Assembly: GCA_008632985.1 (NCBI GenBank)
Contig: QPGO01000042.1
Location: 124,001-188,000 of the forward strand
DNA: 64,000 bases
DNA from: Psammoneis japonica
Lineage: Eukaryota
Reading direction: 5' to 3'
The position numbers and the translations under genes were made by a program. The notes under the pieces are model-generated. The model was not told where the DNA came from. It saw nothing but the letters and a program-made list of their open reading frames with translations, and searched no databases. Positions within the stretch are counted from its first letter, which is position 1. Each line of letters begins with the position of its first letter. Of the stretch, positions 34,912 to 44,584 are shown in pieces.

Positions 34912-37900
34912 GGCAGGTCGTCAAATGGTGTGGGTTAGCGTACATAACGACATTGCTGACGCAGACGGTCATCCTTTAAGTAAGTAGCCCTATGTACGCT
35001 ATAAAGTTTATAGCGTACATAAAGAGCTGCTGACGTTATAGGGTCATTCTGCTTCTATGTACGCTACAAATCTCCCCTATGTACGCTATAAAGTGACATC
35101 CACAATTATGAAGAAAGACAGAAAGGTAATGGGTCAATTTTCAGTTTGGATTACCGACATACATCGATGAACATGTGTGCTTCGCAGGCACCACGCAACA
35201 AACTGCAGCACCACAATGATGCGTGCCGCCGGTGTCTCACTTTACGGCATGATGTCTCAATGACGCTTTCGCCGATTTTCCTGTTTGTTTTTGATTTCTT
35301 AACAAAAATTGTGCAATTCATCCGAAAAGCTTGGCGCTGTGGCTTCTTGACTTTGCTCATGCCATCCTCACAAAAGCAAGCCTTTGTTTCCTTGCCCTGC
35401 TTCTGCTTTCTGCTGCTGCTCACCTTGGGCTTTGGCATGTGCTGGAGATCATTTCTGGCCACCTCAGATGCTGCATGCCTGTGAACTTGTCTGTGCTTTT
35501 TGTCTTTTCTTTTTGTTGTTGCTCTGGCTTCTTGCTTCTCCAACACACAGAGCACTGCTTTTTTGCTGCTGCTGCTGCTGCTGCTTTTGTTCATGATCAT
35601 CATGCTGGGGAGCTCCTTGCCAAAGCTGCAAAGAGATGATTTTCCAGATCTGCAACAAGCATCAAAGCAGCAGTTCTTTGTGAGGCAGCTCTCAACAACA
35701 ACTGGGCCAAACCCCAAAGTGGTGCTGAGAACACTTTGCAGTTTGCGGGTGTTGCTTGGTCATGGACAACATGCAGAGTTTCTCAGCTGGCTTGCTGTGG
35801 TGGCAATGAGCTCTTGTGCTGTGCAGAGCATCTCAGCTGCTTGTGCTTTTGGCACCCAAAGCTGTCTCACAAGTTTCTCTTTTGGCATCTTGTTCATCCC
35901 TTCCACCTGTTTCTTCAAGATGCAGCATGCAGCAGGGCTCTCTGTGAGAGCTGGCATGTGGTGCCATCCTGGCTTCTTTTGCTTTGCCTCTTGCAGCCAT
36001 CAGAGCTGCAGCTGGACACACTGGTTCTGCACAAACTCTCCTTGTCTGCACGCCGCACTTTGTTTCGCACCAAATTGCGAGGCAAATCTCAACTGGCGCA
36101 GCTGTCACACACCCCAAAATGGCATTGAAAACACTTTTTGGGTGATGCTTGGCTGCGGACAACCTTCGGCCTTCTTGGCTGGGGCCAGCTGGGGGCAGCA
36201 GCCAGCTCTCTTGCTGCTGGGTCACAGCACAACACGCTGCAGAGCATCTCTCAACTGCTGCTTGCTTTTGGTGCCCAAAACAGTCTCACAATTTTCCCTT
36301 TTTGGCATTTTGTTCACCCCTTCCACCCAGTTCTTCAGTGCACAGCACACACCACTCTCCTCTCTGCACCCCGGCTCTTGCCCCTCTTCCTCTGGCTCTC
36401 TGCGCATCTTTTTTGCTTCTTGCTGCTTTGCCTTTTGTTGCAGCCACTGGTGCTGTGGCCAGACACTCTGTTTTGGCACAAGCTCATTGTCTGCATGTTG
36501 CACTTTGCTTCAAATGTTGTTCCTTGTCCTTTTGAGAGGAGATGCCTTTGGTGATGGGTGCTTGTGCAGAGTTGTTTGTTCTCCCCACTTTAACATCCGG
36601 GTTACTTTTGCGAGTTGACTCTCGCTTCGCTCGAGTCGAGTTAATCAAAACCTGCTGCCCACACCAGGTAAAAAAATGCCNNNNNNNNNNNNNNNNNNNN
36701 NNNNNNNNNNNNNNNNNNNNNNNNNNNNNNNNNNNNNNNNNNNNNNNNNNNNNNNNNNNNNNNNNNNNNNNNNNNNNNNNNNNNNNNNNNNNNNNNNNNN
36801 NNNNNNNNNNNNNNNNNNNNNNNNNNNNNNNNNNNNNNNNNNNNNNNNNNNNNNNNNNNNNNNNNNNNNNNNNNNNNNNNNNNNNNNNNNNNNNNNNNNN
36901 NNNNNNNNNNNNNNNNNNNNNNNNNNNNNNNNNNNNNNNNNNNNNNNNNNNNNNNNNNNNNNNNNNNNNNNNNNNNNNNNNNNNNNNNNNNNNNNNNNTG
37001 CCGCCGGTGTCTCACTTTACGGCATGATGTCTCAATGACGCTTTCGCCGATTTTCCTGTTTGTTTTTGATTTCTTAACAAAAATTGTGCAATTCATCCGA
37101 AAAGCTTGGCGCTGTGGCTTCTTGACTTTGCTCATGCCATCCTCACAAAAGCAAGCCTTTGTTTCCTTGCCCTGCTTCTGCTTTCTGCTGCTGCTCACCT
37201 TGGGCTTTGGCATGTGCTGGAGATCATTTCTGGCCACCTCAGATGCTGCATGCCTGTGAACTTGTCTGTGCTTTTTGTCTTTTCTTTTTGTTGTTGCTCT
37301 GGCTTCTTGCTTCTCCAACACACAGAGCACTGCTTTTTTGCTGCTGCTGCTGCTGCTGCTTTTGTTCATGATCATCATGCTGGGGAGCTCCTTGCCAAAG
37401 CTGCAAAGAGATGATTTTCCAGATCTGCAACAAGCACCAAAGCAGCAGTTCTTTGTGAGGCAGCTCTCAACAACAACTGGGCCAAACCCCAAAGTGGTGC
37501 TGAGAACACTTTGCAGTTTGCGGGGTGTTGCTTGGTCATGGACAACATGCAGAGTTTCTCAGCTGGCTTGCTGTGGTGGCAATGAGCTCTTGTGCTGTGC
37601 AGAGCATCTCAGCTGCTTGTGCTTTTGGCACCCAAAGCTGTCTCACAAGTTTCTCTTTTGGCATCTTGTTCATCCCTTCCACCTGTTTCTTCAAGATGCA
37701 GCATGCAGCAGGGCTCTCTGTGAGAGCTGGCATGTGGTGCCATCCTGGCTTCTTTTGCTTTGCCTCTTGCAGCCATCAGAGCTGCAGCTGGACACACTGG
37801 TTCTGCACAAACTCTCCTTGTCTGCATGCCGCACTTTGTTTCGCACCAAATTGCGAGGCAAATCTCAACTGGCGCAGCTGTCACACACCCCAAAATGGCA

Positions 37901-40233
37901 TTGAAAACACTTTGTGGGGTGATGCTTGGCTGCGGACAACCTTCGGCCTTCTTGGCTGGGGCCAGCTGGGGGGCAGCAGCCAGCTCTCTTGCTGCTGGTC
38001 ACAGCACAACACGCTGCAGAGCATCTCTCAACTGCTGCTTGCTTTTGGTGCCCAAAACAGTCTCACAATTTTCCCTTTTTGGCATTTTGTTCACCCCTTC
38101 CACCCAGTTCTTCAGTGCACAGCACACACCACTCTCCTCTCTGCACCCCGGCTCTTGCCCCTCTTCCTCTGGCTCTCTGCGCATCTTTTTTGCTTCTTGC
38201 TGCTTTGCCTTTTGTTGCAGCCACTGGTGCTGTGGCCAGACACTCTGTTTTGGCACAAGCTCATTGTCTGCATGTTGCACTTTGCTTCAAATGTTGTTCC
38301 TTGTCCTTTTGAGAGGAGATGCCTTTGGTGATGGGTGCTTGTGCAGAGTTGTTTGTTCTCCCCACTTTAACATCCGGGNNNNNNNNNNNNNNNNNNNNNN
38401 NNNNNNNNNNNNNNNNNNNNNNNNNNNNNNNNNNNNNNNNNNNNNNNNNNNNNNNNNNNNNNNNNNNNNNNNNNNNNNNNNNNNNNNNNNNNNNNNNNNN
38501 NNNNNNNNNNNNNNNNNNNNNNNNNNNNNNNNNNNNNNNNNNNNNNNNNNNNNNNNNNNNNNNNNNNNNNNNNNNNNNNNNNNNNNNNNNNNNNNNNNNN
38601 NNNNNNNNNNNNNNNNNNNNNNNNNNNNNNNTGTACGCTATAAAGTGACATCCACAATTATGAAGAAAGACAGAAAGGTAATGGGTCAATTTTCAGTTTG
38701 GATTACCGACATACATCGATGAACATGTGTGCTTCGCAGGCACCACGCAACAAACTGCAGCACCACAATGATGCGTGCCGCCGGTGTCTCACTTTACGGC
38801 ATGATGTCTCAATGACGCTTTCGCCGATTTTCCTGTTTGTTTTTGATTTCTTAACAAAAATTGTGCAATTCATCCGAAAAGCTTGGCACTGTGGCTTCTT
38901 GACTTTGCTCATGCCATCCTCACAAAAGCAAGCCTTTGTTTCCTTGCCCTGCTTCTGCTTTCTGCTGCTGCTCACCTTGGGCTTTGGCATGTGCTGGAGA
39001 TCATTTCTGGCCACCTCAGATGCTGCATGCCTGTGAACTTGTCTGTGCTTTTTGTCTTTTCTTTTGTTGTTGCTCTGGCTTCTTGCTTCTCCAACACACA
39101 GAGCACTGCTTTTTTGCTGCTGCTGCTGCTGCTGCTTTTGTTCATGATCATCATGCTGGGGAGCTCCTTGCCAAAGCTGCAAAGAGATGATTTTCCAGAT
39201 CTGCAACAAGCATCAAAGCAGCAGTTCTTTGTGAGGCAGCTCTCAACAACAACTGGGCCAAACCCCAAAGTGGTGCTGAGAACACTTTGCAGTTTGCGGG
39301 GTGTTGCTTGGTCATGGACAACATGCAGAGTTTCTCAGCTGGCTTGCTGTGGTGGCAATGAGCTCTTGTGCTGTGCAGAGCATCTCAGCTGCTTGTGCTT
39401 TTGGCACCCAAAGCTGTCTCACAAGTTTCTCTTTTGGCATCTTGTTCATCCCTTCCACTGTTTCTTCAAGATGCAGCATGCAGCAGGGCTCTCTGTGAGA
39501 GCTGGCATGTGGTGCCATCCTGGCTTCTTTTGCTTTGCCTCTTGCAGCCATCAGAGCTGCAGCTGGACACACTGGTTCTGCACAAACTCTCCTTGTCTGC
39601 ACGCCGCACTTTGTTTCGCACCAAATTGCGAGGCAAATCTCAACTGGCGCAGCTGTCACACACCCCAAAATGGCATTGAAAACACTTTTTGGGGTGATGC
39701 TTGGCTGCGGACAACCTTCGGCCTTCTTGGCTGGGGCCAGCTGGGGGGCAGCAGCCAGCTCTCTTGCTGCTGGGTCACAGCACAACACGCTGCAGAGCAT
39801 CTCTCAACTGCTGCTTGCTTTTGGTGCCCAAAACAGTCTCACAATTTTCCCTTTTTGGCATTTTGTTCACCCCTTCCACCCAGTTCTTCAGTGCACAGCA
39901 CACACCACTCTCCTCTCTGCACCCCGGCTCTTGCCCCTCTTCCTCTGGCTCTCTGCGCATCTTTTTTGCTTCTTGCTGCTTTGCCTTTTGTTGCAGCCAC
40001 TGGTGCTGTGGCCAGACACTCTGTTTTGGCACAAGCTCATTGTCTGCATGTTGCACTTTGCTTCAAATGTTGTTCCTTGTCCTTTTGAGAGGAGATGCCT
40101 TTGGTGATGGGTGCTTGTGCAGAGTTGTTTGTTCTCCCCACTTTAACATCCGGGTTACTTTTGCGAGTTGACTCTCGCTTCGCTCGAGTCGAGTTAATCA
40201 AAACCTGCTGCCCACACCAGGTAAAAAAATGCC
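34912..40233. mobile_element. Head-to-tail array of three near-identical ~1.77-kb non-autonomous elements (34912-36680; 36999-38378; 38632-40233) with N gaps at the junctions
   Basis: Copy offsets 1775 and 3552 bp; ends GGCA-N10-TGGTGTGGG ... CCCACACCA-N10-TGCC; flanked by direct repeat GGCTGACG (34904-34911, 40234-40241). Confidence 0.85.
34991..35021. repeat. Perfect 15-bp inverted repeat (hairpin) TATGTACGCTATAAA-G-TTTATAGCGTACATA
   Basis: Seen directly. Confidence 0.97.
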
Positions 40234-40433
40234 GGCTGACGCACTATCAACTTTCCGCTCCTTCCTCCTTCAAAAAAATCACGTTACCGATGTTATTTTG
40301 ATCGCTCATCGCGTTGGTTTCGCGTTGTAAGGAATATTCATATCGGTTGGGATTTCTCGACGCAGTAACCACATCAGCTGTGTACTACAACGCGAAAACG
40401 CCGGTCGCTGGAAGAAAAGGGGAGAAACTCAAA

Positions 40434-41502
40434 ATGAGGTTTCTCCACACTACCTGTAGCTTATTCATTCTGTGCTGTTGTAGCACGGGATCAGCTTTCA
40501 CTTGTGTTTTTACCAAGCATGCTTCGCAATCACCAACCATGACAGAAATCCATGGCTCATGTGTTGCTCGCGATCGTGTTTCACCACTTTTTATGGGACG
40601 AGCTGCAGCCGTCCGAGCAGCCACAAAATCAAAAAACAGATGCTAGAAAGGCAAAAGTGAACGCAGTTTTTGGAAAGAAGATTATAATGGCTGTGAAGCA
40701 GGGTGGTTCTCCTGAACCGAGTGCCAACAGAGCACTGGGCGACATTATTAAGCAGGCCAAAGCAAACAATGTACCAGTTGATGTGAGTAGAGACGAATGA
40801 TATTTTATTCGATAGACACAAATCGTTGAATCCATCTAGCTTCTCACAAACTTGAAACTGATCTTGTCGCCGGTAAAAAATTCACAGAACATTAACCGAG
40901 CCATCAAGCGAGCCTCGGAGGCGAATGCGGGAGACTTCTCGGAATCAACTTTTGAGGCATACGGTTTTGGTGGAGCATCCTTTGTAATCAATGTTTTGTC
41001 AGATAATGCAAACCGCGCTAATGCAGATGTCAAGTCTACTGTTGGCAAGAGATTTGCCAAGATAGCCGAACAGGGATCGGTCCTCTTCATGTACGATCGA
41101 AGAGGAAAGGTAGAGGTTGATGCTAGTTTAGACGAAGAAGAACTAATGATGGCCGCTATCGAGGAGGGGTGTGATGATATGGAACTGCTGCCGGTAAGTG
41201 TATCCTCTTTTTCGATTCTCTGGTTAGGAGGACTGTATTCTAAGTTACAACAACGCGTCTCTTCTACTTATTAAGGGTGATGAGAGGGTACTAGCATTGT
41301 CTATACTGATCCAAAGGAAGCATCAATGATGGCGGATGCAGTGAAATCTCTCGGACATGAAAATGTGAAAGTGTCTCTAGCGTGGGTATCCAAAGCACCG
41401 GTAGAGTGCTCCGACGAAGATTTTGAGAAGAACATGCAGATTATTGATGCGTTGGAAGAGCTGGACGATGTGGACAGTGTGGAGCACAACATGTCGAATT
41501 AG
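40434..41502 (+). CDS. YebC/TACO1-family protein, probably plastid-targeted; 2 introns and apparent single-base frameshifts (~40631-40636, ~41285)
   Basis: Signal peptide + GSAF; MGRAAAVRAATK..TDARKAK, GGSPEPSANRAL, AKANNVP, FEAYGFGG, SDNANRA, GSVLFMYDRRG, LEELDDVDSVEHNM. Confidence 0.88.
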
Positions 41503-41683
41503 GAAAGATTGAAGGAGGTCAAATAAGCGACAAACTTGTGCTGTTTGAGTACCGTAGCAAGGCCTACACCGCAAGAAGTGTACTGGTACTATTGCGAGTC
41601 CCCTGCGGGTCGGTCGCTGTTGATCTCTTAACTAAAATGTATACGTTATTTCTCTCTTTGTCGTTCTCTCTTGGTCAGTTAGA

Positions 41684-42961
41684 TTACGCGTACTGCTGGT
41701 TCACTCCCTGCACTTTGGTAATCACGACTTCTCCTTCAGCTTCCGTGGGAGCCACCAGCGGCCCCTTGTGAGCAGGCTTGCCCGAGAAGCCGAGTTTCTC
41801 AAAAAGTGCTTGGTCCTCGTCAAATTCAGGATTGTCTGTAGTGAGAAGCTTGTCTCCATTAAAGATGGAGTTTGCTCCGGCCTGGAACATGAGGAACTGT
41901 TCTGCGTCCGAAAACGAGAGCCTTCCTGCCGATAGCCTCACCATGGTTCGTGGCATGACGATGCGCGCTGTGGCAATCATGCGAGCCATGTCAAAGGCAT
42001 CTACTTTATCAATGTCTTCGTTGTCACCAAGAGGCGTTCCTTCAACAGAGACGAGGGCGTTAATAGGAACAGATTCCGGATGCTCCGGAAGGGTTGCAAG
42101 TACATGGAGTAGACCAACGCGGTCTGTCTCCTTCTCGCCAAGTCCCAGGATCCCTCCGCAGCATACGCTAATACCCGCATCGCGAACGTTGGCGATGGTA
42201 TTCAATCGGTCCTCGTAAGAACGTGTGCTGATAACTTTGGGATAGTGTTCAGGGCTGGTGTCCAAGTTGTGATTGTACGCTGTGAGGCCAGCCTCCTTGA
42301 GCTGCTTAGCCTGATCGGCGTTGAGCATACCGAGAGTACAGCATACCTCAAGACCCATACCGTTGACACCTCTGACCATTTCGAGGATGTGATTGAAGGC
42401 ATTCTTCTTGTTTCCGAGTTCCCTCCACGCAGCTCCCATGCAGAACCGGGTTGACCCCGCCTCCTTTGCACGCTTCGCAGCTTCCAGAACCTCCTGCACC
42501 TTCATGGTCGGTGTTGGTTTGACAAAGGTCTTGTGCCGAGTGGACTGAGAGCAGTACGAGCAATCCTCCGTACAGCCACCGGTTTTGATCGAGAGAAGGG
42601 TGCACTGCTGCACTTCGGAGGGATCCCAATACATGCGATGAACCGTCGACGCCTGGTACATGAGTTCGTGAAATGGCATGCTGTAGATCTCTGCGATTTC
42701 CTCCTTGGTCCAGTTGTGGCGAACACTAGCTTCAACACCTCCCATAGTGCGACTTTCTTCATCGGCATACACCTCATTGCGTTCGTGCACGTCGTTTGGC
42801 AACCTTGCAAAGTCTCCTCCGTTGGGCGACGAAACAAAGCGATCCACCACAACTTCAGAGGCGAGGGAAAACGCACGGACGCCACTTTTCTTCGAGGTTT
42901 GCAACGCCACCCGACGCAGAAATGGTTTCGAAGCCTGTAGTGCTCTCGCGACGTTTACCAT
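41684..42961 (-). CDS. BIO2: Biotin synthase (radical SAM), mitochondrial
   Basis: LLSIKTGGCTEDCSYCSQS (CxxxCxxC), RFCMGAAWR, YNHNLDTS, VCCGGILGLGE, PESVPIN, RLSAGR, GANSIF.GDKLLTT. Confidence 0.97.
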   Translation of the reverse strand: MVNVARALQASKPFLRRVALQTSKKSGVRAFSLASEVVVDRFVSSPNGGDFARLPNDVHERNEVYADEESRTMGGVEASVRHNWTKEEIAEIYSMPFHELMYQASTVHRMYWDPSEVQQCTLLSIKTGGCTEDCSYCSQSTRHKTFVKPTPTMKVQEVLEAAKRAKEAGSTRFCMGAAWRELGNKKNAFNHILEMVRGVNGMGLEVCCTLGMLNADQAKQLKEAGLTAYNHNLDTSPEHYPKVISTRSYEDRLNTIANVRDAGISVCCGGILGLGEKETDRVGLLHVLATLPEHPESVPINALVSVEGTPLGDNEDIDKVDAFDMARMIATARIVMPRTMVRLSAGRLSFSDAEQFLMFQAGANSIFNGDKLLTTDNPEFDEDQALFEKLGFSGKPAHKGPLVAPTEAEGEVVITKVQGVNQQYA

Positions 42962-43422
42962 CTTGAACTTGTGCTAACCGGGCCCAACAAAGCTGTTTTT
43001 TGTAAAGCAACGTGTGCTGTGTGCTATGTGCTGTGTCTCGCACTGATGTTGTGATGTTTTTAGTGCGAGTGATGTCGTGGAAATTGGGGGTTGGCATGTC
43101 GATGTCGCTCGTCGATGATTCGCATCATCAGGATTCCTTCCCCGCGTAGTATCCTTTGAATATGTACGTACAAAATGGAACTTTCTTCTTCGGTATCTTT
43201 CGCGGCTTTGGATCGCCCATCGTTATTCAATCATTCAGACACGAAAACGACGAATGAAAATTCCAAAAATCATGCAAATCGGAAATCATAAATCATCGGC
43301 GACACTTTCACTTTTCTGAAGCTCATGAAAGTCTGTAGGACAGCGGGCCAAGAGCGAAAAAGAAAGCTTCCAACCCCCTCCAAGTATCTACTTTGTAGTT
43401 GCATTCGACATATCTTGTCGTG

Positions 43423-44565
43423 ATGGAGGACACTCCGACAGGGGACCAGGAACGGAGACAGCGAGCGAGAGCGCGATGGAGAATCCTTCGCTCTGCTCTT
43501 CTAGGAGAGGCTACTTCATCAATGACCAAGGAGGCTTCGATACACAGATTTGAAGGGTTTTGCATGCTTTCGAGGCAGCGACTCCCAAATGACGGGGAAA
43601 GCGACCTTTTCGTAGACAGAGAATTCGAACTTGTTGAGTATGAAGCTCCAATCAATGACAGTGAATGTGTTAAAATTCGAGTGAGGGAGCGTATAAAAGC
43701 TGAAACAAGAAAAATTGGTCTTGAGGCACTAACGAGCCATCGGCATTACGAAGGAGTGGACAACACAGGCAATATGTGTATTTGGGACAGCGAATCTATC
43801 TTGACTTACTTCTTGATGCACCACGGTTTGAGCCGACGACCAACTGAAACTCCTCGCTACTTCCCAAACTTGATGTCATTGGTGTCACAGCATCGAGAGA
43901 TTCATGTAGTGGAACTTGGTGCAGGGATGGCTGGTCTTGCTGGACTGGCCATGGGAGCCGTTGGTTTGAATGCTACTGGTGATGATTTAACCGTGAAAGT
44001 CGTTTTGACAGACGGGCATCCCGATTCAGTTCAGAACAATGTAATCAATGCCAATCTGACCAAGGCTGTATATCCCTCAGACAACCAAAAAAGCACCATC
44101 GATTCGTCCCTTCTAATATGGAAGGATAATGCGTTGGGCGAATCGGAATGCGCAGACTTGGTGCTGTCGAACAACAACCGCCAGTTTGATCTTTGTCTAG
44201 CTTCAGACTGTCTCCACTTCCAGGAGTTCCACGCGGCGTTAATGCTGACGATAGCTCGGTTGCTTAGAAAGGATGGTGTGGCGATATTATGCCAGCCACA
44301 CCGGGGTAATTCTCTAAGCCGGTTTGTTCGAATGTTGGAATCGTTGAATGAAACCACTTCTCCTCTTTGGCACATTCGTTTGTTGACAGACTATGATGAA
44401 TCTATGACTCGTCGTCGCAATGAATATCTTGAGAACAACGTCTCTTTTGATTCATCCATTCATTATCCAGTTATTCTCGTACTTTGCAAGCTTCGTGCGT
44501 TAGACGAAACGATAGATAGACCGGTGGCTTTGACTCATATGGAACTACGAGATACGACAAAATAG
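43423..44565 (+). CDS. CAMKMT: Calmodulin-lysine N-methyltransferase-like (METTL21/Methyltransf_16 family)
   Basis: ARARWRILRSAL, GVDNTGNMCIWDSE, VVELGAGMAGLAGL, LTDGHP, ASDCLHFQEFH. Confidence 0.82.
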   Translation: MEDTPTGDQERRQRARARWRILRSALLGEATSSMTKEASIHRFEGFCMLSRQRLPNDGESDLFVDREFELVEYEAPINDSECVKIRVRERIKAETRKIGLEALTSHRHYEGVDNTGNMCIWDSESILTYFLMHHGLSRRPTETPRYFPNLMSLVSQHREIHVVELGAGMAGLAGLAMGAVGLNATGDDLTVKVVLTDGHPDSVQNNVINANLTKAVYPSDNQKSTIDSSLLIWKDNALGESECADLVLSNNNRQFDLCLASDCLHFQEFHAALMLTIARLLRKDGVAILCQPHRGNSLSRFVRMLESLNETTSPLWHIRLLTDYDESMTRRRNEYLENNVSFDSSIHYPVILVLCKLRALDETIDRPVALTHMELRDTTK

Positions 44566-44584
44566 ATATAATGCATAGACCTCT

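Noticed and set aside
34936..35094. Short repeats with spacers resembling a CRISPR array
   Set aside because: Mixed orientations, irregular spacing, an 11-bp core, eukaryotic context and no cas genes.
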